A stretch of 63,767 nt of DNA, filler included, from Octopus bimaculoides (GCF_001194135.2; 4 parts of 4 records of this genome joined end to end with filler, not necessarily neighbours in it), one strand, 5' to 3'. Counted from the whole stretch's first letter, positions 42,175 through 54,311 are shown. Translations and numbers: made by a program. The notes: generated by a model from the letters alone, not told the origin.

Positions 42175-42320
42175 TTTTTGGCATGGCTGTGTGGTTAAGC
42201 TCTCTTTGCAAGCTACATCATTGCAGGTTCAGTTCTACTGTGCGGTAGCTTAGCCAAGTGGCTTCTACTAAAGCTTTGAGTCAATTTGATAAACGGAAAC
42301 TGTATGGAAGTCTATCGTAT
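42175..42320 (+). mobile_element. SINE family A 5' part, degenerate
   Basis: ggcatggctgtgtggttaag..caggttcagttctactgtg..aaacggaaactg. Confidence 0.65.
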
Positions 42321-42583
42321 ATCTGCGTGTGTGTGTGTTGTATGTGTATCTGCGTGTTGTGTGTGTGTGTGCGCGCACGTGCGTATATTCACACACACAC
42401 ATACACGCACACACGCACACAACACACACACATATATATATGTATATATATATATAGATAGATAGATAGATAGATAGATAGAAACACATACAGACAGACA
42501 GACAGACAGTTAGACAGACAGTCAGATAGACAGATAGACAGATAGATAGGGTGGTGTGCCGTGTGTGTGTGTGTGTGTGTGTG

Positions 42584-42619
<36 letters not shown>

Positions 42620-42681
42620 CTACATAAATTTTTACACGGTAAAGGTTAACAGTCACTTCAAAGATTTTCTTATTGGCTATC

Positions 42682-42781
42682 NNNNNNNNNNNNNNNNNNN
42701 NNNNNNNNNNNNNNNNNNNNNNNNNTTAATTAATTAANNNNNNNNNNNNNNNNNNNNNNNNNNNNNNNNNNNNNNNNNNNN
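42682..42781. other. Artificial scaffold spacer N44-TTAATTAATTAA-N44
   Basis: Same 100-nt block as at 16122. Confidence 0.95.
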
Positions 42782-42826
<45 letters not shown>

Positions 42827-43350
42827 ATTCATAGCTAAAATTTTATATACAAAAAGTAAGACGTCTTGATTAGATCCTGTACACACACACGTCAGCTAAA
42901 AATGAACAATCAAGAAGTTTCCACAAGCACTGGTAGCATGTTTTCTCAGTCAGCCATTTTGCTTGGATACCATGTATCTCATCATATCATTTGTTATTGT
43001 GTGATTTTCCAGTCTAAATAGCTGACTAGCAAATCAAGTTGCTGCACTAGTTGCTACTTGTATTAAATAGCGTTATGTCTGATCTGGCTAACCAAATTAA
43101 ATTATTCATATTCCGTTTCCTCTATTGAATACTCTTTTTTTTTAAAAATTTCTTTTATTTCTTAGCCTTTTCGTTACCATCCCACCCAGGACCACTCTGA
43201 ATTCTATGATGTAAGCTTCCTGGTTTAAAACAATCAAAATTAAAACTTCCCATCAAACATTTCAATGTTTGACCCATGTTCTAAACACCAACTTTAATAA
43301 TGATACAGTAAATTCTTTATTTTCCCAAATTAATTGAAACAATACCTGTT

Positions 43351-43730
43351 GGGGCAAGCGAAAGCGAAATCGTGATGGCACCACCGTGCCGCAGTGTCAC
43401 GTTCCCGGCACTTGTGCTGGTGGCACGTGAAAAGTCATTCGAGCGAGATCATTGCCAGTGCTGCTGGACTGGCTCCTGTGCAGGTGGCACGTAAAATAGA
43501 CCATTTTGAGCGTGGTCATTGCCAGTACCGCCTGATTGGCCTTCGTGCCGGTGGCACGTAAAAGCACCCACTACACTCTCGGAGTGGTTGGCGTTAGGAA
43601 GGGCATCCAGCTGTAGAAACTCTGTCAAATCAGATTGGAACCTCGTGTAGCTATCTGGTTCACCAGTCCTCAGTCAAATCGTCCAACCCATGCTAGCATG
43701 GAAAGCGGACGTTAAACGATGATGATGATG
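43351..43730 (+). mobile_element. SINE family C (internal ggtggcacgt subrepeats, aggaagggcatccagctgta domain, RTE-like tail with (GAT)n)
   Basis: Related copies at about 46000-46225, 54790-55100, 55480-55743, 58075-58185 and 60935-61103. Confidence 0.85.
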
Positions 43731-43859
43731 AAAACTAATGAAGCTCAGCAGAAATATCTTCTGTCTCTTATTTTGGTCGTTAGATCGTGACTGTGCCCAG
43801 GCACTGCCTTGAAGGGTTTTAGTGGAATAGATTAACCCCGGTACTTAATTTTTTTTTAA

Positions 43860-44081
43860 CCCTTTAGTGTTTATATTACTTTGTCAAATGTGCTGCTTGT
43901 TTATTCGCATTATTTTGAATTAATCTTGGATTATCTTGTAGAATTGAGATTTTGATGATGTGATTGTTTATTCTTAGAATGACATTGTAGAGTAGGTGTG
44001 ACCTGCCAGATCTGGCTAGTTTGAACATAAAACAGGTAGAGTTTTTGTGCCTGATATGGCTGGTTCAAATGCTATAAAGGG
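43860..44081. mobile_element. piggyBac-type MITE
   Basis: TTAA-ccctttag..aaaggg-TTAA; related copies at 56275 and 60174. Confidence 0.85.
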
Positions 44082-44274
44082 TTAAGTCTGGTACTTATTC
44101 TATCAGTCTTTTGCTGAATTTATGCTAATTTACAGGGATGTAAACAAACCAACACTGGTTGTTAAGCCATTGTTGAGGACAAACACTCACACATATGCAC
44201 ATGATGGGCTTCTTTCAGCTCCCATCCACCGTATCCACTCACAAGGCTTTGGTCAGCCTGGAGATATAGTAGAA

Positions 44275-44570
44275 CAGGGGTTTTCAAACTGTGGTCCGCG
44301 GACCGCAGGGGGTCCGCAAGGACAAGAAAGGGGGTCCGTAGGCAGCAAATACTTTTTATGGGCAATTTGATTTTATATATGTTTTTTAATCGAAATCTTT
44401 TAATTGACAATAAACCTATTTGTTAAATACTGTTAAATAAATAAATGTAAAAATATATCTTATTTTAAGCAAATATTTATGTATAAATTTCATAAGCGTT
44501 TATAAGGGGGTCCCTAAGGTAAAGCCTGAAATATAAAGTGGTCCGCAAGTCAAAAGGTTGAAAACCCCTG
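44275..44570. mobile_element. hAT-type MITE, 296 bp
   Basis: 13-bp TIR caggggttttcaa/ttgaaaacccctg and a perfect 8-bp TSD TAGTAGAA at 44267-44274 and 44571-44578. Confidence 0.95.
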
Positions 44571-45194
44571 TAGTAGAAGACACTTGCTCAAGGTACTATA
44601 CAGTGGGACTGAACCCAAGACTACATAGTTTGGAAGCAAGCTTCTAACCATAAAGCCACCCCTGTAACAAAAGGGTTAAATTGACTGTATATTTTGAGTA
44701 TACATAATTTACTTACATTTCTTCCAACTCAACTTAGCTTTTTTTTTATTGATCTGTTATCAGCATGACTATCTTTTGACTTTTCCCTTTTGATATTTTT
44801 CCAATTCCCTTTGATATTCCCCAGTTTGCCAAGTTTAACCAGATTCATATATACCAACAACAGCCTGCATTATTTTATTAATTATTCCATAGACAACAAT
44901 GATGTAGATATAATTTACTTATTTTCCATTCAGTCCAAGCTATCTTTGTTTTTTTTTTATTTTGTTTTCATTTATTGATATGTATTGATGTGACAATCGT
45001 TTCATTTATCTGCTATGAGTGTCCCCCCCCCGCCACTATTCTCTTTGATATTTCTTCAATTATCCAAACTTAGCCAGATTTCATTATGTTTCAACAATGC
45101 TTTTCACATATGTTGAATTATTCAACAATCACTTTGAGAGTCAGATGACTTAAGAAGAATTTATTGCATTGATCACAGGCTAAATAGCCAATAA

Positions 45195-45412
45195 TTCTTC
45201 CTAGAATTGGCATTAGGCCTAAAACTTTGCGAGAGGAGCTAGTTGATTACATGGACCCCCCAGTGTTCAACTGGTAGTTATTTTATCCACCTCAAAAGGA
45301 TGGAAGTAAAATTGACCTCTGCAGAACTAGAACTGAGCATGTAAAGAGCTGGAAGAAATGCCGCTTAGCATTGTGGCCAGCGTGCTAACCATTCTGCCAG
45401 CTTTGCCATCTT
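45195..45412 (-). mobile_element. SINE family D
   Basis: ccccagtgttcaactggtagttattttatccacctcaaaaggatggaag..gctaaccattctgccagct. Confidence 0.8.
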
Positions 45413-45574
45413 AAGATAGTCAATAATAAAAAAAAAATAATGAAATAGCAACCATTCACCATTTGATTCAAAACCTGTTTAGTTTTTGCATAAATTTAAT
45501 CAGCAATGAAGATTCACATATTGAGAGAAATTTATTAAACGATCTCTCTCTCTCTTTCTCTCTTTCTCTTTCTT

Positions 45575-45619
<45 letters not shown>

Positions 45620-45740
45620 TCTCCTTTTTTTTTTCAACTGAGGTGGCCATGTATCTCCTCTATATCAAGACATCTGTCTCTGCCCCTCCATCATACTTTA
45701 ACGTCTCATCACCTGGCACAAGGCCATTCCTCTCAATATT

Positions 45741-45968
45741 TCTTTCTTTATTGCCCACAAGGGGCTAAACACAGGGGGGACAAACAAGGACAGATAAAGT
45801 GATTAAGTCAATTACATCGACCCCAGTGCATAACTGGTACTTAATTCATCGACCCCGAAAGGATGAAAGGCAAAGTCGATCTCGGCGGAATTTGAACTCA
45901 ACATAACGGCAGACGATATATCACTAAGCATTTCGCCCAGTGCGCTAACGTTTCTGCCAGCTCACCTC
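45741..45968 (-). mobile_element. SINE family D, variant tail
   Basis: atcgaccccgaaaggatgaaaggcaaagtcgatctcggcggaatttgaactc; tail ttctttattgcccacaaggggc. Confidence 0.88.
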
Positions 45969-45999
45969 AATATTAATCCGCACTCAGTTGAAGGGTCCA

Positions 46000-46225
46000 G
46001 TCTTGTGAGTTACTTGGTGACCCTCACTGGTGTGGGTGTCACATAAGAAGCACTCAGTACACTCTGTAAAGTGTTTGCTGTTAGGAAGGGTCTCCATCTG
46101 CAGAAACCATGCCATGGCTGACAGTAGAGCATTGTATAGTCTGCTGGTTCTCCAGCTCCTGTCATACCATTCAAACCATGCCACTATGGAAATCAGGTGT
46201 TAAAATGGTGATGGCAATGATGATG
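46000..46225 (+). mobile_element. SINE family C, degenerate
   Basis: cactcagtacactctgtaaagtg..gttaggaagggtctccatctgcagaaaccatgcc..aaccatgccactatggaaa. Confidence 0.7.
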
Positions 46226-47069
46226 GGGATTGATTAAAAATAGAATTATACTGGATTCTGAATTTCAGTATTCTTTAACCTTTTAGCATTCAGAGCCTCT
46301 GTGTATGCATGGGTGTGTGTGTTTAAATATTTTTATTGAATCTCTGAATTTCTAATGTTTGTGATCATGTTTGATGTCTTTGTCTCTCTCTTCCTGTTTC
46401 ATGGTCTCTGTCTGTCTGTCTCTCTCTCTCTGTTCCTCTCTTTCAGTGTCTCAAATGCCTCTCTGTTCCTGTTTCACTATCACTGTCTATTTCTCCCCCC
46501 CCCTTCCTCTATTTCATTGTTTTTGCCTGTCTGTCTACCTGTACCTCACTTTCCTTGTGTTTTAGTCAATCTGTCACTCTTCCTCCCCCTCTCTTCCTCC
46601 CCCTCTCTCTAATTGTGGGTAGGACTCTACATTATAAATTAATGACAACCATAAGAAAAATTCAAAATAAAAAATGCAAGAAACCAATGCTAGCATGTGG
46701 AATATATTTAACAAAGTATTTTAAATTTCTGTTAAAACAAGGAACAAGAAAGATGTTAAAATAAAACAGTGTAAAGCAGGATCAAATTTGACTCTTTTTT
46801 AACCATTTTTTTCATATGTTAATTGTGTAAACAGACTCTTTACTCTCTCTCTTTTTCCTATAGTGAATGTCTCCATCAACCTTATCTAACATGGGTCTCA
46901 GTTATTTCCTGAAACATATATAAATAAGGGTAGATTGTTCGTGTTTCTTTTTTTGTCTTGAAAAGGAGTGTCCTTAGGAAATGTTATTAAAATTTTTGAG
47001 AGAGAAAGAGGAAAAAATGTGAAGCAAACTTCTTAACCACTTAGCCATGCCTACTTCTGCAATAATAAA

Positions 47070-47516
47070 AATGATAATGATGATTTCAAATTCTGGTGGA
47101 AGACTGGCAGTTTTGGGGACTGGGAAACTCAATTACATCAACCCCAGTGCTCAACTGATACGTATTATATTGACCCCGAAAGGATGAAAGATAAAGTTGA
47201 CTTTGGTGGAATTTGAACTCAGAATGTCAAGATGGACAAAATGCCACTAAGCATTTTACCTGGCAGGCTAACAATTCTGCCAACTTGCCGTTGTAATAAT
47301 AGTGATAATAATAATAATCCTTTCTATTATAGGCACAAGTCCTGAAATTTTGGGGGAGGGGGAGGGGAAGTCAATTACATTGACCCCCCCAGTGTTCAAC
47401 TGGTACTTATTTTACCAACCTTGAAAGGATGAAAGGCAAAGTCAACCTCGGCAGAATTTGAACTCAGAATGTAAAACCAGAAGAAATGCTGCTAAGCACT
47501 TTTGTCCAGCATGCTA
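47070..47516 (-). mobile_element. Two tandem SINE family D copies
   Basis: Copies at about 47085-47255 and 47316-47516, joined by a (TAA)n tail. Confidence 0.88.
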
Positions 47517-47576
47517 TAATGGTAATAATAATAATAATAATAATAGATAGAGAGGTGAGTTCTTAACTTTTGAATA

Positions 47577-47881
47577 CGATTGCCACAATCCATCACTAAG
47601 GTAAACATGGCTGACGTGTAATCCGTCACCAAGGCCAACTTAATGACAAAGAGTGCAACCCGAAAGTAACTTATTTATTTGTGCTTTGAACAATATATAA
47701 ACTAAAAAAATGAATTAGACTGACATTTATTTTGAACCTGTTGAAGGCACACGAGATGCCGAAATATTGTTCAAAGCACAAATAAATAAGTTACTTTCGG
47801 GTTGCGCTTTTTGTCATTACGTTGGCTGTGGTGACGGATTTCATCAGCTATGTTTACCTTAGTGACGGATTGTGTCAATCG
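47577..47881. mobile_element. Foldback MITE with ~120-bp inverted arms, TA-flanked
   Basis: Left arm 47577-47696 (cgattgccacaatccatcactaagg..gtgctttgaacaatat) is the reverse complement of right arm 47764-47881 with a few mismatches; TA at 47575 and 47882. Confidence 0.9.
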
Positions 47882-47912
47882 TATACAAAAGTTAAGAACT
47901 CACCTCTCTATC

Positions 47913-47949
<37 letters not shown>

Positions 47950-47952
<3 letters not shown>

Positions 47953-48095
47953 CCTTTCTGCTTACAGAACAAGGCCTGACATTTTTGGGGAGGGGACTAG
48001 TCAATTACATCGACCTTAGTGTTTCACTAGTACATAATTTATTCTCCCCAAAAGGACGAAAGGCAAAATTGACCCCAGCGGAATTTGAACTCAGG
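47950..48095 (-). mobile_element. SINE family D, partial
   Basis: aatcctttctgcttacagaacaaggcctgac..aaaggacgaaaggcaaaattgaccccagcggaatttgaactc, preceded by a (TAA)n tail. Confidence 0.8.
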
Positions 48096-48189
48096 ATGGA
48101 TAATAGTGATGATCTTTATTATTGCTACAAAGGTGACTGACAGTGTACCATCACTGAAACAGATGACTAAAAGTGTGTGTGTGTGTGGG

Positions 48190-48410
48190 GGGGGTACTTA
48201 TTCTATTGGTCACTTTTGCTGAATTGCTAAGTTATGGGGGTGTAAACACACAAGCAGTGGTGGGACACACTGACACACACACACACAATGGGTTTCTTTC
48301 AGTTTCTGTCTACCAAATCCACTCACAAGGATTTGGTCAACTTGAGGCTGTAGTAAAATATACTTGCCCAAGGTGCCATGCAGTGGGACTGAACCCACAT
48401 CTGTGCAGGT
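48190..48410 (-). mobile_element. SINE family A, partial
   Basis: ctttcagtttctgtctaccaaatccactcacaagg..gcagtgggactgaaccc. Confidence 0.8.
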
Positions 48411-48784
48411 GGGAAGCAAACAGTGGAACATGAGATGACAAGCAGCCATATGTTTGACCATAAACCTGTCTTAGTAGCACTTGTGTACAGCCATCTCTGT
48501 CTCGATAGCGGTGAGCTGGGATATGGTCTTGGAGCCAAGAATGCCATAAGTCTGCACTGCGACTGGCTTGACCATAAACCTGTTGGGAGTTACACTGGTA
48601 GACAGTCATCTCTACCCCGATGATGTTGAGCAGGAGTCTGGTTCAGGGGCCATAAACACCAGAGGTTTCCATTGCCATGGGGTCATCCGTGCCCCAATTC
48701 TTCCCTTGATACACTAAGCATGTGCTTATTTTGTTGAATGGTTAAATCAGTGTTGGTCCAGGGGTTGAGGATAATGATGAGAAA

Positions 48785-49105
48785 CTTGGTGGCAGTTTTT
48801 TTTTTTATCTCTTTCATTCTTTCTTCCTTTATCTTTCACTTTTTCTTATTTTCCTTCATTCTCTTCATTCTTTTGTCTTTGCTCCTTTTCTTTCTTTCTT
48901 ACTTTCATTCATTCTCCTCCCCCCATTTTTTTCTTCTCCTTCTTTGTCTCTTTACTTTCTTTCATTTTTCTCCTTTTTTGTATTTGTTTCTCTTTTTTTT
49001 TCTCATTCTGTATTCCTTCTTTCTGTCCATATTTCCTTACCATTCCATCTTTTTTCTTCTATTTATTCATTCTTTCATTTTATTTTATTTATTCATTTAT
49101 TCTAA
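48785..49105 (+). repeat. About 320-bp pyrimidine-rich (T/C) low-complexity tract
   Basis: Seen directly; produces the F/L/S-rich ORF 48738-49112. Confidence 0.9.
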
Positions 49106-49342
49106 TCACTGATTGTCTTTAATTCAGAACTATGTCCTCATGTCTTCTGTAATAGAATTGTGAAATACAACAATAAAAAAAACCACTGCTGCCTCTCCAA
49201 TTGTCTTTAACTAAACTCTACAGAGACAAGAGCAAGTACTTTGTGGTGTAGCCTAGTTTTTTGTTGCTGTTGTTGTTGTTGTTGCCATTGTCATCTTAGT
49301 ACAATGAATGTGTGATGGTTACTCATCACTGCGCACACACAC

Positions 49343-49415
<73 letters not shown>

Positions 49416-49689
49416 TGCACAAAAAGTTTCCGAGTGGATCTCATTAAAAATTCTATTGTGACTGAGTACAAGACATGTCGTAGTGTCTTTCTTTGTTTCA
49501 ATGATTTTTATGTGTTATTTCAACATATTTTAATTTATTCAGTAGCAGCGATGTTTGGTTGTCTTTGAAAGTCTGTAAAATCATTTTTGTAACTGTAACC
49601 CTGTCTGGCTTTTGTTAATAGGAGGCAGGGAGGAGAGGAGTTTGTTGTTATTGTTGTTGTTGTTGTCGTCATTTTACATGATATTTCTA

Positions 49690-49983
49690 CCAAAATAAGG
49701 TTTTATTTCATCTGTCTTTATATTCTGAGTTCAAATTCCTCCAAGGTTGACTTAACCTTTTGTCCTCTCAGGGTCAGTAAAACAAGTATCAGTTGAGTAC
49801 TTACCCTTTCCTCTGAAATCATGGGCTTCCACACAGTTTCTATCTATAACATTCACTCACAAGGCATTGGTTAGTCTGCAGCTTTTGTTGAAGACACTTT
49901 GCCAAAGTGCCACGCAGTGGGGCTGAACTTGAAACCACGTGGTTGCAGGGTGTTCTTCTTAACCACACGGCCATGCTTGCACC
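49690..49983. mobile_element. SINE D fragment (+, about 49690-49820) abutting a SINE A head (-, about 49822-49983)
   Basis: ctgagttcaaattcctccaaggttgac..; aagtgccacgcagtggggctgaacttgaaaccacgtggttgc. Confidence 0.7.
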
Positions 49984-50125
49984 TTTTAATTATAACTAAG
50001 TTAGAACTAATTACTCTTGTGTTTTAATTTCTGTGAATACAATAGGATTAGGTTTAAATTTAAATTTCATCAAAGTGTAGGCATGGCTGTATGGTAAAAA
50101 ACTTGCTTTCCAATCACATGTCTTC

Positions 50126-50175
<50 letters not shown>

Positions 50176-50939
50176 ATAATAAATATATATATATATATAT
50201 ATATTTACGTGCGTGTGTCTTTGTGTCCCCCCCCCCTAATTACTTGACAACCAATGTTGGTGTGTTTACGTCCCTGTAATTTAGGGTCCATGCAGTGTTA
50301 TGTACCCCAAAATTTTCAACTTCTTGCCTAATGCATGGAGGAATCTCTTATCTCTTACACTATTTCAATATTATGGGTCAAAAGTGAAACAATAACATCT
50401 CTATTATAATGTGAGAAAATACTTTCACTATACACATACACACACACATATATATATCAGGTCAAGGGAAGCAAGCTTCCCTTAAATATTATAGAAACAA
50501 AGTTGAAACTATATTACTTATTTTTCATAAGCTTGTTCTTCTAATGTTCCGTAAAATTAATATAAGCTACCTGACATCATAGGTTTCAGACTTTTATTGT
50601 TGGAATTAGCATGAGATGACAAGCAGCGGCAGACGGCACAAACAGTCTGTGCAAGGGAAGCAACGCAAGTTGTTGCATCCTTTTCAGTTTAATATCTTAA
50701 CATTTTTTTTTTTCCAATGAAAATGCCACAAAGACAATTTTTTTCTAGTAAAAACTGGAATCACGTTCAGCATGCTTTTGTGCCACCGACCTCTTTTTTT
50801 AAGAAAGTAGCATGAGATTCAAGGGAAATTTAGCTGCTATTTCCAGCAGATTGAGAGACCATATAAAGGTTTTTTTGTTACCATTGTCGGTTTGAAGGGG
50901 GCAGTGGTGGTGAAGTGAAGCGATATATTTTTTTTATTT

Positions 50940-51572
50940 GTGATCATTATTAACAGTCATCATCATCATTCTCATCATTGTTACCGCCATTGTCGTTATC
51001 ATTGCCGAAATTATCAGTCCTCGTATCATCATCATTATTGTCATCGTCATCATCATCATCATCATCGTCATTGTCAACATTGCTGAATTTACCAATATCA
51101 TCATCATCATCATCATCATCCTCATCCTCATCATCAATGCTGTCGTCATCATCATTGCCATGCTGCCACTGCCGTTGTCATCACTATCATTCATTGTCAT
51201 TATCATAGTCATCATAATTAATATCAGGACTGAATTTATTAACTGCCACCACCACCACTACCACTTTCACCACTATCATCACCAGCATCATCAGTGCTAT
51301 CATCGCTACCATCATCATCACAGCTATCATCAATCATCATTAAAAAAACACCCTCTCCATCCTTACTACCATCACCACCACCACCACCATCATTATGGTT
51401 ATCAACATGTCCATCAACAGCAGCAGCATCTTTGTACCAAGTATTTCCGTATCTGACTCTTTGGTTTGGTTGGATGAGTAAGTTTGTGAATGTTTCTTCC
51501 TGTGTGGCTGTTGCTGCTGTCCACCACCACCACCACCACCACTACTACTACTACTACCACCAGCACCACTAT

Positions 51573-51610
<38 letters not shown>

Positions 51611-51745
51611 GCACCACAACCACCACTACTACTACTACCACCAGCGCCACAACCACCACTACTACTACTACTACCACCAGCACCATCACCACCACTTGTA
51701 CTACTACTACTACTGCTACTACGTCTGCTGCTGCTGCCACTACTC
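50940..51745. repeat. About 800-bp compound trinucleotide low-complexity region (ATC/ACC/ACT)
   Basis: Seen directly; produces poly-H/T/S/G/V ORFs in several frames. Confidence 0.9.
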
Positions 51746-52349
51746 ATTGTATTATCTTCCAAATCCTTGCTGAGTGACAGGACTAAGGGAAAAAAAATCC
51801 CAGTGAAACTGTTATCCACCACTCCATCCCCCTGATACATTTTCCGGACTTGACTCACTGAACAGATAGGCGGGGGGGTGGGGGTGGGGTTTGGACCCAA
51901 AAACAAAAACAGGTTGAATAAATGTTATTTTTCTTTTACAAACAAAACCTTATTGTTTGCACAGCACAAATAAATATCATAAACATATTTGTATTTTTTT
52001 TTTTCATTATTAATTTCATTTTTTTTTTTTTTTTGTATTCATGGATACATATTCAGAATTATTCATAGCAACCGTGTAACCCCTAGTCCCTACCCACCAT
52101 CTGGTTCTCACCGTCTAGGGTCCGTCATTATCCACGTATACATTGATTTGTTGGCAGTTGTTGCAATTGTTTAGTCCAAAGTCTGTCCTGATGGAATTAG
52201 TCCTAAGATCAAAAAGTGCTCCAATTATGACCACCAGTTTTTTTTTTATTTAATTTTTATTTCTTGTGCTTTAGAAGTTTGCTTCATGTCTGTGTAGTTG
52301 TTTTGGGGTTGGCTTGACTGTAGCACCTTGGGTTAGTGCCTTCTACTAT

Positions 52350-52734
52350 TGTTGTGGGCACTCCGTCGCTTACGACGTCGAGGGTTCCAGTTGATCCGAT
52401 CAACCGAACAGCCCACTCGTGAAATTAACGTGCAAGTGGCTGAGCACTCCACAGACATGTGTATCCTTAATGTAGTTCTCGGGGATATTCAGCGTGACGC
52501 AGTGTGACAAGGCTGGCCCTTTGAATTACAGGCACAACAGAAACAGGAAATAAGAGTGAGAGAAAGTTGTGGTGAAAGAGTACAGCAAGGCTCGCCACCA
52601 TCCCCTGCCGGAGCCTCGTGGAATTTTAGGTGTTTTCGCTCAATAAACACTCACAATGCCCGGTCTGGGAATCGAAACCGCGATCCTATGACCGCGAGTC
52701 CGCTGCCCTAACCACTGGGCCATTGCACCTGCAC
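52350..52734 (-). mobile_element. SINE family B, full length, inserted into a SINE A head
   Basis: Reverse complement of the 21538 copy; 12-bp TSD GCCTTCTACTAT at 52338-52349 and 52735-52746. Confidence 0.92.
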
Positions 52735-52756
52735 GCCTTCTACTATAGTCTTGTCA

Positions 52757-53052
52757 TAACCATAAGGTTGTTTGGCGTCAGTCCCATTGCCTCCTTGGCA
52801 TGTCCATAAGGCTGTTTGTGGGTCCTAAGGTAAGTGCATTCTTGGCATGACTATAATGCTGGTTTGGTTCAGTCCCACTGTGTGCCACTGCGAGTAAGTG
52901 CTTTCTACTATATCCTTGGCAAGTGCTGTCTTGGCCTGACCATAAGGTTGTTTGGGATCAGTCCCATTGTGTGACACCTAGGGTAAGCGCCATTCCAGCA
53001 TGACCATAAGACTGTGGCACCTAGAGTAAGTGCCATCTTGTCTTGACCATCT
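52757..53052 (+). repeat. Degenerate minisatellite of about 5-6 units built from SINE A head pieces
   Basis: Repeated ccataagg..tcagtcccattg..taagtgc..ttggcatga units of about 45-90 nt. Confidence 0.7.
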
Positions 53053-53190
53053 CCTTTTCTATGTTTTCGTTTGTTGGACAAGTCCTCTCCAAAATAGCAT
53101 TTTGTTTTTGTTACCGCATTTGTGAAGTTCAACATTCTGAGATCTGCTTTCACCACTCTAACTTCTATTTAGGTCTCCTGGCACCGCTGT
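53050..53190 (-). pseudogene. Probable RTE-like LINE extreme 3' fragment
   Basis: VVKADLRMLNFTNA resembles RTE W.EVVK.DL; it is followed by cttgtccaac..aacatagaaaa, similar to the family C tail. Confidence 0.45.
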
Positions 53191-53711
53191 TTTTACCTAA
53201 CCATCATCATCCTTAATCTTTTTTTTTTTTAACCCAGCTATCATCCTCCATAGAAGGCTGGTAGCCTAGCGTTTACTGTGTTGCAGGCATGATTGCAAGA
53301 TGATGGTTTCAATTCCCAGACCAGGTGGTACGTTGTGTACTTGAGCAAAAGACTTCATTCATAATTAGTCCTGTCTGCTTAGCTGTAACCCTGCAACAGA
53401 CTGGTATTCCAGTGTTGTGATCTTGGTCATTTATAAGCTATGGAATCCAGATAACTGACCCAAAGTTAGGACTAAGACAGACAGTACTGTCCAAGAGATA
53501 ATGACATCTTTCATATGCATCGCATGTCTGTACAAGCGAAGTTGTACATCTCATACACACAATATCTGACTTCTCTTATTCACAGTTTTTCTTTCAACTC
53601 ATCTGTACCAGGTTGCTCACATGTCCAGGTGAGCATGCTTACTGATTCGTCTCTTCCCAGTCTTTGCGTGCCCTCTACATTCAGTACTCATATCAGCATT
53701 CTTTCTACAGT

Positions 53712-53940
53712 GGGGGTGCATGGCTTAGTGGTTGGAGTGTTGAATTCATGATCGTAAGATTGTGGTTTCGATTCCTGGATTGGACGACGCATTTTGTTCT
53801 TGAGTAAAACTCTTCATTTCACATTGCTGGCAAAAATGAGTTATCCTGTGACAGACCAGTGTCTGATCCAGGTGGGGGATTTATATGTCATGAAAACTGT
53901 TAAACTGGCCCTTATGAGTTGGTATGACTTAAGAAGGAAA
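53712..53940 (+). mobile_element. SINE family H (tRNA head, ttgagtaaaac/catttcacattgc body, aaactggcccttatgag tail)
   Basis: A box tggcttagtgg and B box ggtttcgattcc; related heads at about 53260, 55300 (-) and 62470 (-). Confidence 0.75.
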
Positions 53941-54311
53941 CTGAAAAAACCCCAAAAAACAAAAGAAAATCTTTCAACATAAGCATTGCTCAATCAATCC
54001 TTTGCTCAGAGATAGGGTCTCTTTGTCATCATAATAACTCCCTGAATTTTTTTTTTCCTCTGTTCTTATTCTGGCTACTATGCTTTCAGAATACACTCCC
54101 CTGTAGCTGATTTGGTTGCTTAGGCAACAGAAGCCATCAATTACTTCTACAGTGTTTTCTGAGCTTTGGCTGTTTACTACTCTAGTAGTACATCTGCCAC
54201 TATTTCAAATGAAATTCTATTATTAAAGTACATAAATACACAGACAGTTTTAGTCAATATATCCATACAGCTATTATTATATTCGTCAATTTAGCCATAC
54301 AAATAAGATGA

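Larger units (their letters stand above)
43755..44660 (-). mobile_element. SINE family A interrupted by two MITEs
   Basis: Removing 43860-44081 and 44275-44570 restores a continuous family A sequence. Confidence 0.8.

Noticed and set aside
46864-46910. Strong acceptor followed by ECLHQPYLTW, faintly like kinase subdomain XI
   Set aside because: No good donor and an early stop; too short to support.
51340-51906. 188-aa Gly/Ser-rich ORF resembling a structural protein
   Set aside because: It derives from (ACC/ACT)n low-complexity DNA; the other frames give poly-T, poly-H and poly-V.
52053-52135. CpG-containing open stretch IIHSNRVTPSPYPPSGSHRLG after a T-rich tract
   Set aside because: Weak donor and no recognisable family; could be revisited with RNA-seq.
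52757-53052. CRISPR-like repeat-spacer array
   Set aside because: Units are irregular and SINE-derived, the context is eukaryotic, and there are no cas genes.
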